NCBI GenBank assembly: GCA_000165425.1
Contig: CT868563.1
Location: 1 to 64,000 of the forward strand
Reading direction: 5' to 3'
Source of the DNA: Paramecium tetraurelia
Lineage: Eukaryota
Length of the DNA: 64,000 nucleotides
Below the pieces are notes generated by a model, which was given only the letters and a program-made list of their open reading frames with translations, was not told the DNA's origin and did no database searches. This document shows, piece after piece, positions 12,094 to 25,811 of the stretch; within the stretch, counting starts at the first letter, position 1, and every line of letters begins with the position of its first letter. The position numbers were made by a program, and so were the translations under genes.

Positions 12094-13373
12094 ATGAACT
12101 TAGGATATCTCTTTTTGCTGGTTGGAGTTTAATGCATTCTGTACTAATTTAATGCAACAAATCAATATTTGTTAGTAGAGAATGAAGCAGAGGAATGGGT
12201 ATAAATGAAAATTCAGATCTATGAACATAATGTAAAATAGAGCGAAGCCATTGAAAATTATGAAAAATACCTACAACTTTATTATAAATTGAAATTAGGA
12301 TCATACTACGAATTAGAAATAGTTATAATACCTGAGACGAATTTCAAAATCCAATAAATAAATTAAAAAGTATGTCCTAAGTAATGCTCTAAGAATGGAA
12401 ATTGCATCAATAATAGTTGCCAGTGTTATGAATCATTTTTTGGGTATAAGATCTAGTTATGAATTTATTAGATCAAGATGCTAATTTGAAATAGAAAGCT
12501 ATTATAACATTCAATAATATAACATTGAATTACATTAATTTGAAACTTCGTATTTATTACTGCAGTATCAATAGTCAGATTTGATCAATGACCAAGGGTA
12601 ATTTCTATTAATTAAGATAGAGATAGACAAAAAATATGATTTTGTCAAGTAATCATGCTATTGAAATTCAGCTCTATCTAGTTTTACCATATCAAAACAT
12701 ATCCACAAGTATTCAAAATCAAAATATCCTTTATAACAATTCCTTAAATGGATCTACTACAATTGATTTTTCACCATTTTATTAATCTTATAGCAGTTCT
12801 TAGGTTAGCTATTCCTTCTTTTTTATTTTTACAAATAACTATACAAATTAAGAAAGATATTCAATGACTTTTGATTTAAAAAGTCAAGAGATCACATTTT
12901 AAGACTTCATATTAGTGACTATTCTTAGCGTAGTAGCCTTTATAATTTTATTAATTGTAATATTTATAGTAAGGAGGAGATGCTAATATATTTAGATAAG
13001 CAAGTTAAAATATTCAATTGATCATCAACCAAAAATGGATATTGTTGGGTAACTGGCAATTGTGACTCCTGCAAAAGATGAAGAATGTATAGTGTGTTTA
13101 GATTTACTGGAAAATTAGTAATGCAGATAAACTTCTTGTAAGCATATTTTTCATGAATAATGTTTGAATGAATGGTTACAAAAATAACAAACTTGTCCAC
13201 TCTGCAGGGAGAATTTGTTTGAGGAAGAAGGAGCACAAATAATGAAGGTCAGAAATTTAAGTTCCTCTTCAATAGTTGCGGGCTAATTTTCAATTATATA
13301 AAGTGAAAGACAACCAATTTAATAAATTATACTTTCAAGATCAATGAATAATAGACTGGCTGCGTTCTAATGA
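12094..13373 (+). CDS. Signal peptide - EGF-like - TM - RING-H2 E3 ubiquitin ligase
   Basis: MNLGYLFLLVGVQC; CPKQCSKNGNCINNSCQCYESFFGSRC; TM FILVTILSVVAFIILLIVIFIV; CIVCLDLLENQQCRQTSCKHIFHEQCLNEWLQKQQTCPLCR. Confidence 0.85.
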
Positions 13374-13559
13374 GTCTTTTAATATAATTATATTCATTTG
13401 TTATTTTAATCAGTCTATGGCCTAAAATTACAAAATAGTGGATTCTAAATTAATTTAGGTTTTATTCTTTTCAGTGAGGTGTTTAGAGCAATCAGACCAA
13501 CAAATTTTAATTATTTGCTTTTTTGATTAGAGAGGATTATTTTAATAATTATTTATTTA

Positions 13560-14328
13560 TCAAAATTTGCTTAAATTTTAAATCATTAAATTCATTTGAG
13601 ATTCAAGTATATTCCTCAGGACTGTTACTTTCTCCGAGGTATTCATATTTTCATATTCTAATTGATTTAACCCACAAGACTCAATGTAATGATAATCTAG
13701 TTGTCGTTTTTAAAAGTACTTTTTTATCTTTTTCCATTTTAAACTATGTTTTGGTTTTAAAGCTGATTTACTGATATCTTAAAATTCTGTTATATTTAGT
13801 GTTTGAAATTGTTTCTTAAGTTCTTCCTTTTGATTCTAATCTTTTATGATTAATGAAAGTTTAGATTCATTCTCCTTAAAAAATTTAATGGAGTTCTCAT
13901 GAGTCTTATCTTCTAGAATCTCAAGATCATTATTATTCTTAATTTGATCACTTTTTGTTGATTTGACTGCCATCAATTAGATGGTATTAGTGCTAAAAAT
14001 TAGGTAATTCTTACGCCTCGTCAATCAAACAAATAGCAAAATTTTAGATAACTTTAACAAGCTGATCTCTTTTTTCTTTCTTCCACATTCTACCTTCCTA
14101 TTTGTAGACTCGGTATATGGCCTTTATTGTCGAGAGATTATACCCTGTTAGATCTGATACCTTTTGGAATCATGTTTATTTTACTTAAGAAGGACTCATT
14201 TTACTATTGACTAAAGCCTTTACAATCTAAATGCGTTCATTTCCTGGTATTGGTTTGTACTTAGTTGTTGAATGAGTGTAGGTTTCTTGATTATTCATGT
14301 TTAAGATTTAATTAAAATTATTGTTCAT
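13560..14328 (-). CDS. Homeodomain-like / helix-turn-helix protein
   Basis: KYKPIPGNERIQIVKALVNSKMSPSQVSDLTGYNLSTIKAIYRVYKQEGR after removing tiny introns; start ATG 14328 or 14298. Confidence 0.7.
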
Positions 14329-14599
14329 GAACTTTCAGCGATTAATAATGACCAATAGTAATTAGACTTTATATAATTTATTAACAAAGTAAGTTTTTTC
14401 TGGATTTGAAATATTCAAGAATCAAATAGAATCTTTTCAAAAGCTCAAAAGTAGTCGAAAACCTAAACTTTCTTGATAATTTTATTTTTTTGCAAAATAT
14501 AATGATTAAATCATAAAGGTTATATTTTATTTTATAACTAATAAATTTAAAAAACTCTAAAAAATACTAATAATATAATGTTAAACAATTCATAATAGA

Positions 14600-16100
14600 T
14601 CAAAACTATATTAAAGTGATATACTGAATCAAAATTTTATGGTGTTGTTTTATCCTGTCTCGCTGAAAATTACCAAATATATATTTAATATGACATATTT
14701 TAAAATATCTGCAATCAGTAATATAAATATCAAACTCGAGTTTTTCAAATTTATATACCCAGATAAACCATCATGTAATGACATTAATATAAGTAGAGGT
14801 GCGTCATAAATTATTACCTCTATGCTCTTCAAAATGTAGCTGCTAATCATTATGGTATTAGTAATATTTTTTATCTACTTTTTGGGAATGCAGAGAAAAC
14901 AAAATTCTACTGGCAATAATACAAATAGGATTGTTCGACAACTCAAAATATTATTTTTATAATTTAGAGGTTTCAAATCACATTCTCTAGGTTCTTCCTC
15001 TGTAATGAAGTTTTTTCTATACAAATGACTAATTGGAATAAAAGATCTATTCTATAAATTAAATTAATCCATAAATAACAGCTTAATAGTACAACACATA
15101 TGGAATACTCTCGAAATTTGGAATAATGTAATAAAGTAGATTGTAATTTTAGTATGCGTTGATAATTTTAAGCAAAGCAAAGTAAATATGGCAATTCTTA
15201 AAACTACATCCAATACCACATTTGCGAAAAGAAATTTTCGAACTAAGGATTTGTTTTCTTTAAGAAACTGCAAAAACAGGAAAGTAATATTGATGGCTGT
15301 TTCTTAATGGAAGTTAAAATAACTATCTTTTCTCTTCGCTTCTCTAAAAAGTAATCGAGGATTCAATTTAGATTGATTACTAGAATAAATGTCGTATTCA
15401 TAATATTATAGTTCAATATTATGCATAGTTGCAGAAGTAAAATCGCTTTATGTATGTTCTTAAAGTGGTTGTAATAATTACAACTTAGAATCAAGCATCA
15501 AACCAGATTTGCTATAATTTCTGAGCTAAGACCTCATATTTCTGTATATATTATTATATCCGATTTAATAACACAAAAATATCATCTTATTGGTTTGATT
15601 GGATAACTAGCAAGAAGTCGATTGTTTACTTAAGAATAAAGGAATAATAAAATAAAGAAAGTGAATTTGATGTTAATTTAGATCTTCTCAAGTTTTAAAT
15701 AACTACATTTCTATTTTAAACAAAATTTTAAAACCAAAGAAAGAAATATTGATCACATGATCAGAATGGCAATATTCTCATATTTTGAACATTATCTGTT
15801 TTCTCCTATTTTTTAAGTACATAAGCTTTGATTTATCTCAGATCAATTGCGTGTAATTTTTTCTATTTATTTTTTGAAGTATAACCATCTTTAACAAAGC
15901 TCTAGAATAATTAATTTTAGAAAAGGAAAGCTTAAGTTATCGTTTGAGTAGATCAAATTTAATCAGATAGTTTCAGAGGAATCAAAGTAAAGAATTATAA
16001 TATAAAAACAAATTGACATTAATACATTTACAACTTGTGATGGATGACATAAAGATGAAAATGTTTTAATTATTAAAATAATAATATTATGAAATACTCA
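14600..16100 (+). pseudogene. Decayed gene-like tract
   Basis: Coding-like composition with scattered Cys motifs (e.g. CNKVDCNFS then TGA) but frequent TGA and frame breaks. Confidence 0.3.
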
Positions 16101-16272
16101 GGCTATTTAATAATATTCTTAAGTAATTTAGATTATTAATTCTTTTTTTACCTAATGAAACCAATTTAACAACCTTTTTTATCCTCTAAGTTTATTTTTA
16201 AGTGTTTATATAAGGATTGGATTAATTATAAATACTAAATATTAGTTTTAATATGATTTATGAAAATTATTA

Positions 16273-18943
16273 TCATATATTGTTGCATATCTATGGGTAG
16301 ATTTCTTTGGAATTACTTGGTCTTTATAATTTATTTGGATTAGCTTAATAAGTCCAAAATTAAGCTGGTGATTTTTATGAAATGTCACCTATGCTTCCAT
16401 CTACACAAAGGACTAACCAAGTCAGATTAGGCTCATTCTTAAGATTGCTAACTTAAGGTAATTAGTATCTAATAATGGGTCTTTCTTGTTCAGATGCATA
16501 AAGAGTTATGACAGGTTTGATTTCTTTAAAAATTGGATCATTATCAATAGCTGATGTGTCAATAGAATGTCCTTGTTATTTTTTAATATTTAATTCTTTT
16601 AGTTTTGGATCTATTGGGTCAAATGCAACAAAGAAAGTGTATTTTCTTTCGGCCAATTGATTGACATAGATTGCTTGAGCATTCTCACTTCCATAGAATT
16701 TCAAACCCCCACAATTTTCATTGAAAAAACCAACTGTACATTCTGTGTATGAAGCACCTAGTAGCAGTTCAAATTTATTATGCTTTGGAGTTTCCAATAC
16801 AACAGTAAACTAACCCTTTATTGTGGATCTTGGAATCATTGTCACTTCCAAGCTTTTGGTTTCCTGAGTGTTTTTGAATTTATTACAATATAAATAATAC
16901 CCTTTTTTCTCAGCTCCAAAATAGTATTCTTTGACAACCATATTATATAAAACACTGTCCTAATCTACAGTAACTAAAATAATCTTAAATAAATATTACT
17001 CAATCTTGATGGGATAGGTTTAACTCTTCCGCAATCGTCTTCGTTTTTATAGAAATATAAAATGACATCATTTAATTCTTAACCAGTTTAAATATCCACT
17101 ATATTGACCTAAAGATTTGTAAATTTAAGATTATTAATATATTCTTTCTGATTTTAAGAGAATTTCTTTTCTTCTTCATGTGTTCTATGTCTTTGCCACA
17201 ATAACCTAGTATTTTTTGCCGTTTCAATTTCATAAATATCGATTTGTATCTTTTTTTCTCCTTCACTGCAAATTTGTACATGATTTTATAAGATGTTTTT
17301 AATTTCATCTTTATTACCTTAAACTCCGAACATGCCATCTGTGTTTTCATTTGCTTAAGGATATAGAATATTCTTTATCATCAATTTAGGAATGTATGAT
17401 ACATTGGGAGAATTTACATATTCAGTGACCACGACTTGCATTTTTGGAGCCAAGATCGTAACTCTAGAGTTTCCTTTTAGATCGATATCTTTGTTATTGT
17501 TTTACTATTTGAAAACATTAATCAATGGTTCACATCCTGTTACATTCTCAATTCCTGTAGGATACACAAGAGGACTTTTATTTTCTTTGATTACCTTTTA
17601 GTTTTCAATAATGATATTATCCATCTAAGGGGGTAATGTTGGTACAGAAAACACTAATAAAAATGAAAAGATGAAAATTATTATCGCTAATAAAACAAAT
17701 ATCCAATCTAAAGTTCTATTTGGGATTTATTAAGTTTTCACACTTGTATCAACCTGCAATAAAGCCATAGACAAGGCAAATCCACTGATTACAAGTAATA
17801 AGATTGAGAAGCCAGCTTTGAATAAATTTTATGACATCGAATCAGAAAATGCATTACAACAAGATATGTTCAGGCATTTCTAAGTTGAATCTGTTTCCCA
17901 TGATATTGCTTAATTCTGAGGTTCACATTATATTTTTTCTAAATATTTTTTGCATTAGGCATTTTCTTACATCCAACTCTCATGAGTATTTCTCATTTAT
18001 TGAGTGCAATCATTGATATAAGTTGTTCTGACTTATTCACTGAGTCTGATGACATGAAATGAACAAGCAGCAATCAAAAAGATTATGATAAGATTAGCAT
18101 AACCTACTGTTTCAAAAAGATCATTCCTGTATATAAATGTCAATAAAAAAGATATTAATGCTGTGATTATTGCTCCAACAGCTAAAATATAAAAGATTGT
18201 GAATGCACGATTAGGTGCAATAGGAGAGTATGGAGTTGCCAAATCTGCTAACACTTAATTTGAATAAAGGAGTGCAAATGAAGCTATGATGATTGTTGTT
18301 AAAGAAAAAACATAGATGCACACTCTCAACTAATTCTTCTATTGAATTGTGATATAACTAGTAAATGCTACGTACATTAACATTAAACTAATTAAGATCA
18401 CAATTGGAATTGCTATGTATAATCCATAAGTGTAATAACTCATGTATTATGTGGGAGTTGTTTAACTATCATAATGTCTTGCTAAATAAAAATCTTTCCC
18501 AATCCTATACCAAAATACTATGAACACTAATAAAAAACAGTTAAATAAAATGTTTAAGAATGATCCCAAAAATACTACAATGGAGAATCTTTAATCCACA
18601 TCCAAGACTTCATGTGTTTACTAATGATCATCTTATGTTCTTACTGTTGTTGTATTAAACCAATAAAAAATGATACCCTAAATTCAAATTAACATAGATT
18701 CTTACACATAAAATCAATGAGAATATTGCTGACATTAACAAAAGTATCATTATAGTGAAAGAATATTGATTGAAAAACACTAAGGAAACTACGATTAATC
18801 CTATTGCGAAAAGCAAAGTTAAAATTGTTAATCTGGTCGACAATTCTTAAAGTAAAAATTATATTCATACTTTGTTTAGCTAATAATTCTCTTTCAGACC
18901 ATCCTTCGTTATATTTATGGCATTTCTAATTGATCAACTCCAT
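16273..18943 (-). CDS. Multi-pass membrane protein (about 9 TM) with a Cys-rich loop and large C-terminal soluble domain
   Basis: Continuous code-6 frame with 3 tiny introns; many hydrophobic helices; loop C...C...C...CLNISCC; ends ...KEIYPQICNNI*. Confidence 0.8.
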
Positions 18944-19041
18944 ATTAACTGTAAATTTTATATTATTATTTATATCAAATATTTGCTACTAATTCTTTTA
19001 TTTATATTAAAATAAAATATGAATATAAAATTGATATTCTT

Positions 19042-21468
19042 TCATACTTACCCTAATTATCCCTTCTCTACTCTCTCTTTAATCTTTTTTGGATCCGGAG
19101 GCATTAAACTGAATTTGGCCACCACACTTTTTGATATTCTTCTGAATTCTTTATAAGTATCTTCATTTCCATGATGCAATTCAAAATTCTCCCAAGTTTT
19201 CCATAATCCAAAATCATCGAATCTTGGATCACTGAATTAAGAAATATGTATATAGACTGCTCTTGCTCTGTCTATTTCCCCAAATTTTCTCTCCAATTAA
19301 GCTAATCTTAATCCCATTTGAATTAATTCTGCCTCTTATAAATTTTCAATTGCACTCTCAAATACAGGTCTAGTTTTCGTAATACCCAAATATAATGCTA
19401 CCTTGGCTATATAAATATTATAACTAAATAAATGATATATCTTACGCTTCCATTTTATCCTGGTATTCAACATTAAATACCATTCTATCATAAATTTCAA
19501 TAGCATGATTTAATAATCCATATTGTTCCTCAAATTCTCCATACATTAAATAAAATATTCGATTTTTCTAATATCATAATAAATATTACATCTTTTGGCA
19601 CTTATTCGATAACAGTTTCAAAGAGGTTTCTAGTTCTTTCTATTTTTTGACCCCTATACCTTTAAATAAATTTAGTTATGTAAACAATCCATAAGTCATA
19701 CAAAGCTGGCCAATCGAATAATTAGACTCCAGCCTCAAAAACCTTAAAGGACTCCTCATAGAATGCATTATCTTCCAAAAGTTGAGCATAATTAATGATA
19801 ATAAAAGGAGTCACAACTTTTAATTCGACCATGCGTTTATAAGCTGCACGCAATGATTTAAAATTTCCAAAGTTCCTCTCTAAATCTAGATAGAGTTGCC
19901 ATAATTGTAATGAATAGGGCACCATTTCTGATGGAGTCATTTTATCTAATTTCTTTACATACTTTTTAAATAACCCTTACTTAATTACAGTAAGAGAATC
20001 ATTCACAAATCCATCTATAAGTAATGTTTCAACCCATTATGACCATAGATTGACATGTTCTTCAATATTTTTGAATTCTATTTTTGATCCCTTATGGAAG
20101 ATTTAATTGCAAGTTTTCCAATCACCCTTATCTCTATAATATTTAGCATAAGCTATCCAAATATCACTCAACTTTCCATTATCTGCTAGATTAGGTTCAA
20201 CAATTTCAAGTGCTTCAGTGAAGGTTTTCAAAGCCATTCTTTCATCTCCTTTGACTAATACAATTCTTTTTAACCATTCCTCAACATTATATTTGTTTTA
20301 TCTCAATATACATGAATTCAAAAGTATGGGTCTTCTTTCCAAAAGTTCATCCAATCTGTCCATTTTTAATAATAACTCATCTTCTATTTAGACTTCATCA
20401 TCTTATGATGACTTTATTTTTAGTAATTAATCCAATTTAGTTGATAATATTGTATCATCAATATCATCCTGATTTTCATCATTCTCATCAAAATCTTCCA
20501 GCATTTAGATAATTGTTTCTTCATATTTGACATATGCATTAAAAACCAAACTAAAATCTTTAACTGTTAACACATTATTGACTGCATCTTCAAATGTATC
20601 TCTAGCTTATTCAAATTAACCTGTTTTTATGTAATAGTCAGCTAATTTTATCCATAATTATCCAATCTCATCTGAATATTTCTTAATTCCAAATTTCATT
20701 ATTGATGCTGCATCAATTGGTAAATCATTAGGATGTCTAGCAATGATTTCGCATAAATATTTCATAAAGTCATATTTGGTTTTTCCACTTGCAGAATTAA
20801 ATTGATCATCATTTAAGATATCTACTAAAATTTAGCATGCCTTTCCCCACAATTGCTTTGATACTAAGTAATCTAAATATTCTTCTTTATAATCTGGATT
20901 TATCTTAATATATCTATTATATATAGAAATTGCAGTCGTTATTGATTCTGTTTTCGATATCTGTAAATTTAATTATAATTCATACCCATTAACAATAAGC
21001 TTTCCAAATTCTATGATGTTGAGTGACTGGTAATGATTAAAGGGCTCGATCATACACATTTCTAGTTTGTGTATATTTCTACAATGATGCGCAATATTCA
21101 GCATACATCAACCAGATATTAGGCATTTTGTGCATATATACTAGTGCTTTTTCAAAATAGGTAATCATTTCCTCAAATTTATTTGATAAGAATGTGCTTC
21201 TACCTCCCAAATCTTCTAGTTATTCCTTCAAATAATTGAACCATAATTTATAACAATTTGGAATGTATTTAAAGGCCCTTTCATACAAATCTATTCTAGT
21301 TGCATATGGTTTATCTCGATGCGCCTATAATACAATCCACCATGCCCTCAATGTATATCTTGAATATTATTCTTGTTGGGTATCAGGGGCAGCAAAAACG
21401 ACTTCGAATTTTGAACTACCCTTGACTTCCAACTATTCCAATTTATAGTGAAGCAATTATGCATTCAT
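19042..21468 (-). CDS. SYF1: Pre-mRNA splicing factor SYF1/XAB2 (HAT repeats, NTC)
   Basis: LYERAFKYIPNCYKLWFNYL; SLQLWQLYLDLERNFG; WENFELHHGNEDTYKEFRRISKSV. Confidence 0.92.
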
Positions 21469-21513
21469 TAATTTTTATAAAAATTCAATTATTTTAATAA
21501 ATATTACTTTCTC

Positions 21514-21912
21514 TCACTCATCATTATAATTATAAGAATTAACACAATCATCAATTTTTTTCAATAGGTCTTAGAGATTCTTTTCTTCGAAAAAAGGATT
21601 CAAAATATAAGATTTATACAAATCATAGATCTATTTCAACAGATCCTTGGGTCTCTTTTCCTCCTTTGTACAAATCATTATTATCTTGTTCTCGGTCATA
21701 CTCATGAATCCAAATATTTTCAATTCATTCAAAATTCCGATTTATCCCATATAACCATTATTAGGCGAAATTTGATAAGCAAGCTCAATCAAATCGCATT
21801 ATGTATTGATAATCAATTCTATAAAGGCTTCATCAAAGTTTTCATAATTCCTACAAATAATAGGAACATTTTTTGAATCAAGCAAACATATATATTTTAT
21901 CGTATTTTTCAT
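21514..21912 (-). CDS. Sedlin/TRAPPC2-like longin-fold trafficking subunit
   Basis: 132 aa, intronless: IKYICLLDSKNVPII...YMGQIGILNELKIFGFMSMTENKIIMI...IYDLYKSYILNPFF. Confidence 0.75.
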
Positions 21913-22118
21913 TGTATAATTATTATATAATTAATGATTTATTACTCAAACAAATAATTATATTATAGAAATTTTGAAACAGTGAATAAATTGGAAAAAG
22001 ATAGGTTTTCCATTTAAATACATTCAGAAAAAGGTGACCCCCTTCGTTTGGCTAATTTTTTTTTTTATAAATTTGATTTAGTTCAGATAGATTTTATATA
22101 ATAAAATTATTAAGTAAA

Positions 22119-23104
22119 ATGTCGAGCAATTCTGATTCTCAGGTTCAGTTTAATAGCGAAGATTCAGAGATCAAGCCTGAAAGTTTATCTTCCATAAGCA
22201 AAAAATCAAAAAAAATCAAGAATAAGGTACAAAAGCAAACTAATTGGAATCCTGGAAGACCAGGGAAACCCTCGATTTCCTAATTACCTATTGATCAATT
22301 TCAAGTTATCAAGAGCAGTATGAAAAACATATGGTTTTGTACTGATATTTCTATGAGATGTTTGATATACCTTTGCAAAAAAGGAAACATGATCCTTAAA
22401 GTAAAAACAGGAAAACCAGCAGAAACGGTTAAAAAGGAGTTTCTAGATCTTTTTGGAAAGACTAATCTCAAATCCTATAAAAAATTTAAGAAGGAATTCA
22501 AGAAAAAACTTAAGGTATCATTATCATATTCAACTAAGGAAAAAAATGCTGCCATCTTGTAGCACTTAGGGTACTCAGAATAAACAACCTATCTATTTCT
22601 ATCTAATAATGATGGAGATCAAATAGACCTAAAGTTGGAATGTGTTACAAATGAGACAAAATAAGGCCTCTTGTCACTCATAAGGTATTTATCTCCCTAA
22701 TTCACCTATACATATAAAGTAATTGTTGAATGTTTCTATTCCCTCTTGGCCATGAGCTAATAAGAGGAAGATAATTAATTCAATATCAACAATATTGTTG
22801 AATCTATCGTTGAGAAATTAAAGTCTGACAAAAAAAATCATAAGATGATCTTTGATATGCAATTGATATAAGAACTTTTATTGGGTGATTATGTACTTAT
22901 GAATGAAATTGTAATAAAGTATTTATATGTTAGGAAAATGAGCCCGAATAAGCTGTTTTACATCTGAGATCAAACGAAGGTGTTAACCTTCCCAATTTCA
23001 CCGCTAACTCCTATAAAGATTAAGTAGAGTCTATTGAATAATATTCAAATTGGATCAATACCTTCATTCGGGAATTTGTTGAGATTTTAAAATAATATTA
23101 ATGA
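22119..23104 (+). CDS. Hypothetical protein, basic N-terminus
   Basis: ATG 22119 MSSNSDSQVQF..., one 23-nt intron at 22911-22933, TGA 23102-23104. Confidence 0.7.
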
Positions 23105-23137
23105 ATTATATTACAAATTAATAGTTCATAAAAATAA

Positions 23138-25811
23138 ATGATGAAAAATTAACTGCTCCATCAATCCGTTAGTATAATCATCCAACTCCATCAAGAATTG
23201 AAAGCAAATTCAACCATCTCATCGTAACTTGCCTAATCACTTATTGATACAGCATAATAAATCGAAAGAGTTCAAAAATAAGAATAATAATAATTCAAAT
23301 ATGTGGATTACTCTAAAGATGAAAGTGTCTAAAAAACAATTAAAAATAAAAGGACTTCCAGCTAGATCGTTGTGAAAGTCTAGTCTCCCTAATGCAAAGA
23401 GATATTTTCTAGAGATTGCCTATAAGAGGTATTCATTATTGTTAATTAGTTAATATTACCATACCTGAATTTAAAAGATCTAATATCTTTCAGAGGTGTG
23501 AACTCAGTAATCTAAGAATCAATAAAGCAATATGTCAAGTAATATTTAGTGAAAGAGGAAAAGTCATTGGCACATCATCTCTTCTCTTCATATTACCTTG
23601 CATCTTTAAAAGATTATTTATATTCATTCTTGCCCAAAGCCAAATGGTTTGAGTTTGATCATATTTAAGCAAAAAAGAATATCTCAAAGTATTATAGAGA
23701 TTTTGAAGTCTTAAAGAAGGTTCGCTCAATACCCCAATAATATGAATATATATTTGATGTGTTGTTGCTTATCTTCTAAGGATAAAGAAAAGCTAATATT
23801 TCAAGTTTTGAGCAATTTAAAAAAGTAAATCTCAAACAAGGTTTAAAATATGAGAATATCATTCAAAATATTGATTAGTTTAGTCGAATCGATGAAAAAA
23901 TAGCTAAGAAATTCTCAACTGAATTACATAATACAATACTTCTATGTTAATCATTAATCTCATTGTATTACTTAGAAAATATCTTTACAATTGGAAGTGC
24001 TGCTTAAAGTGAACAACATTAGTTTAATTAGATTTCATATTATTACAAATATCATTCAGATTTAATTAATTTTTGGAAAAGAGTAATTCATTAAGATTAA
24101 AAATTTCAACTATTTCTTAATTTTTCTGCAAACAAAGCAAGTTTAGAATCATAAAGTTTATCAGATAGTAAATGTTATATGGATAGAATAAACATTTTGA
24201 TACTTTGTTTGAGTTATTGTGATGATTAAACATTATTACAAAATCGATTAATCAACAAATAGTTTAAGGCGGAATGCGAGCTTTAATTAGAGGATAGGCT
24301 TGTTTTCAGCATATAAGCTTTTGAATTTGCCAAACTTTATTAGAATCGATAATTTTAGAGAGATAAATATCTTTAAAATGAATTAGGATTCTTTAATCCT
24401 TTATTTGATATGGCCTATACATTTTTAATTGATAAACATTAAGAACTAGTTCAATTTAACAATTTTGAATATATTAAGTAATGTGATGATGAATTTACTT
24501 TCTATATCAATACTGCTTATACATAATTACATAATTTAAACACTCTTAGAAGCGTTTTAGCGTAAAAACAATTAATAAGAGTCACGAAAGCTCATTTGAA
24601 TCCTTTTAACAAAAAAAAATAATAAATTTAATTGGCAGCTCATGCATTATAAAATCTAAGCACACTTGTCCAAAATAATCCAAAAATTTCATATAATTTC
24701 CAAATCCTTTATCCTCTCTACTTATATTTAAAACTATTTATTATCATTTAACATACAATATTACCAACTTAATTTGATTCTAATGAAACTGTTGTGTATT
24801 TATACAATGAGTGTATTAAATACTTAAATATTCTTTTTACATTGGGTAAGCTATCAACATTAAATATGAGAAATATAATCAATTAATCTTTAGAGTACTT
24901 TGATTAAAATTAAAAGTCAGAAATAGCATAAAGGCTGAATTAATAATTTTTTTAGGTTTACTCAAATTTTAAGGGTAGTCTTGATTCAAGAGAAAAGACT
25001 CTAGAAATATTAACTGAAATAACAGCCATATTTGAAAGCATGAACATATATTAAATTGAGAAAATACCAGAATATGACTTCTTATAATTTGATACCATCT
25101 TTACTACTAAAATTTTAAATTACTTAAATTATTCTGATTTAATCAACTTTGCTTGTACATCTTCATAATCGAAGAAACTCTATATTACTCATCTATAATT
25201 AAGAATAGAAAATGAAGCAAATATCATAAGAGCTTTTGAAAAATAAAATAAATAAACTCTTCAAAGTATACAAAAATTGAGACCAAAACTAGGGTTACAA
25301 AAGGATAAAGCTGTCTAATTAGTTCAATAATTTACAATTAGTGACTTTAGTGAATTGAAAGCATTTAATCATCCAACATAAGCATTTGAAATTTTTTGCA
25401 AACCTTTTTTAATTTTATTTGACATTCCTTAAAAAAACAATACTAATTATTGGGCTACACTAAAATCTTTCCTGCTTTAGTCAAATTCATGGTCACAAAT
25501 TTCAGAATTTCCCCCTGAAACGTTATCAAGACAAAAAGTGAATTTAATCAAATAAATTCTAAAAAGCCCAAAGTTTGATTTAGTAGTATTAGCAAAACTT
25601 AGTTCACCTTTATTAAAATTTGTCAATTGGCTTTAAGGTAAAAGAATTGTAATAATTAGGTATTTTAATACTACATAGTTATTTGAGATAATATTGTTTG
25701 GGAGAAAAGGAAGAGAATCTGTCAGAAGAATAATAATCACTATTTACTGTCTTAGATATTAAATAATGCATTTTATATAAAGCAATAAGATATATCAACT
25801 AAAATAAATGA
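23138..25811 (+). CDS. Protein with two F-box-like motifs and a C-terminal dynein stalk microtubule-binding (MTBD)-like domain
   Basis: F-box-like FSRDCLQELILPYLNLKDLISFRGVNS and FDTIFTTKILNYLNYSDLINFACTS; C-term AVQLVQQFTISDFSELKAFNHPT...YWATLKSFL...ILKSPKFDLVVLAKLSSPLLKFVNWLQGI. Confidence 0.75.

Noticed and set aside
22033..22066. GC-rich ggtgacccccttcgtttggc followed by a T run; possible Pol III ncRNA or snRNA upstream element
   Set aside because: No tRNA/snRNA fold or A/B boxes recognisable; too short to support.
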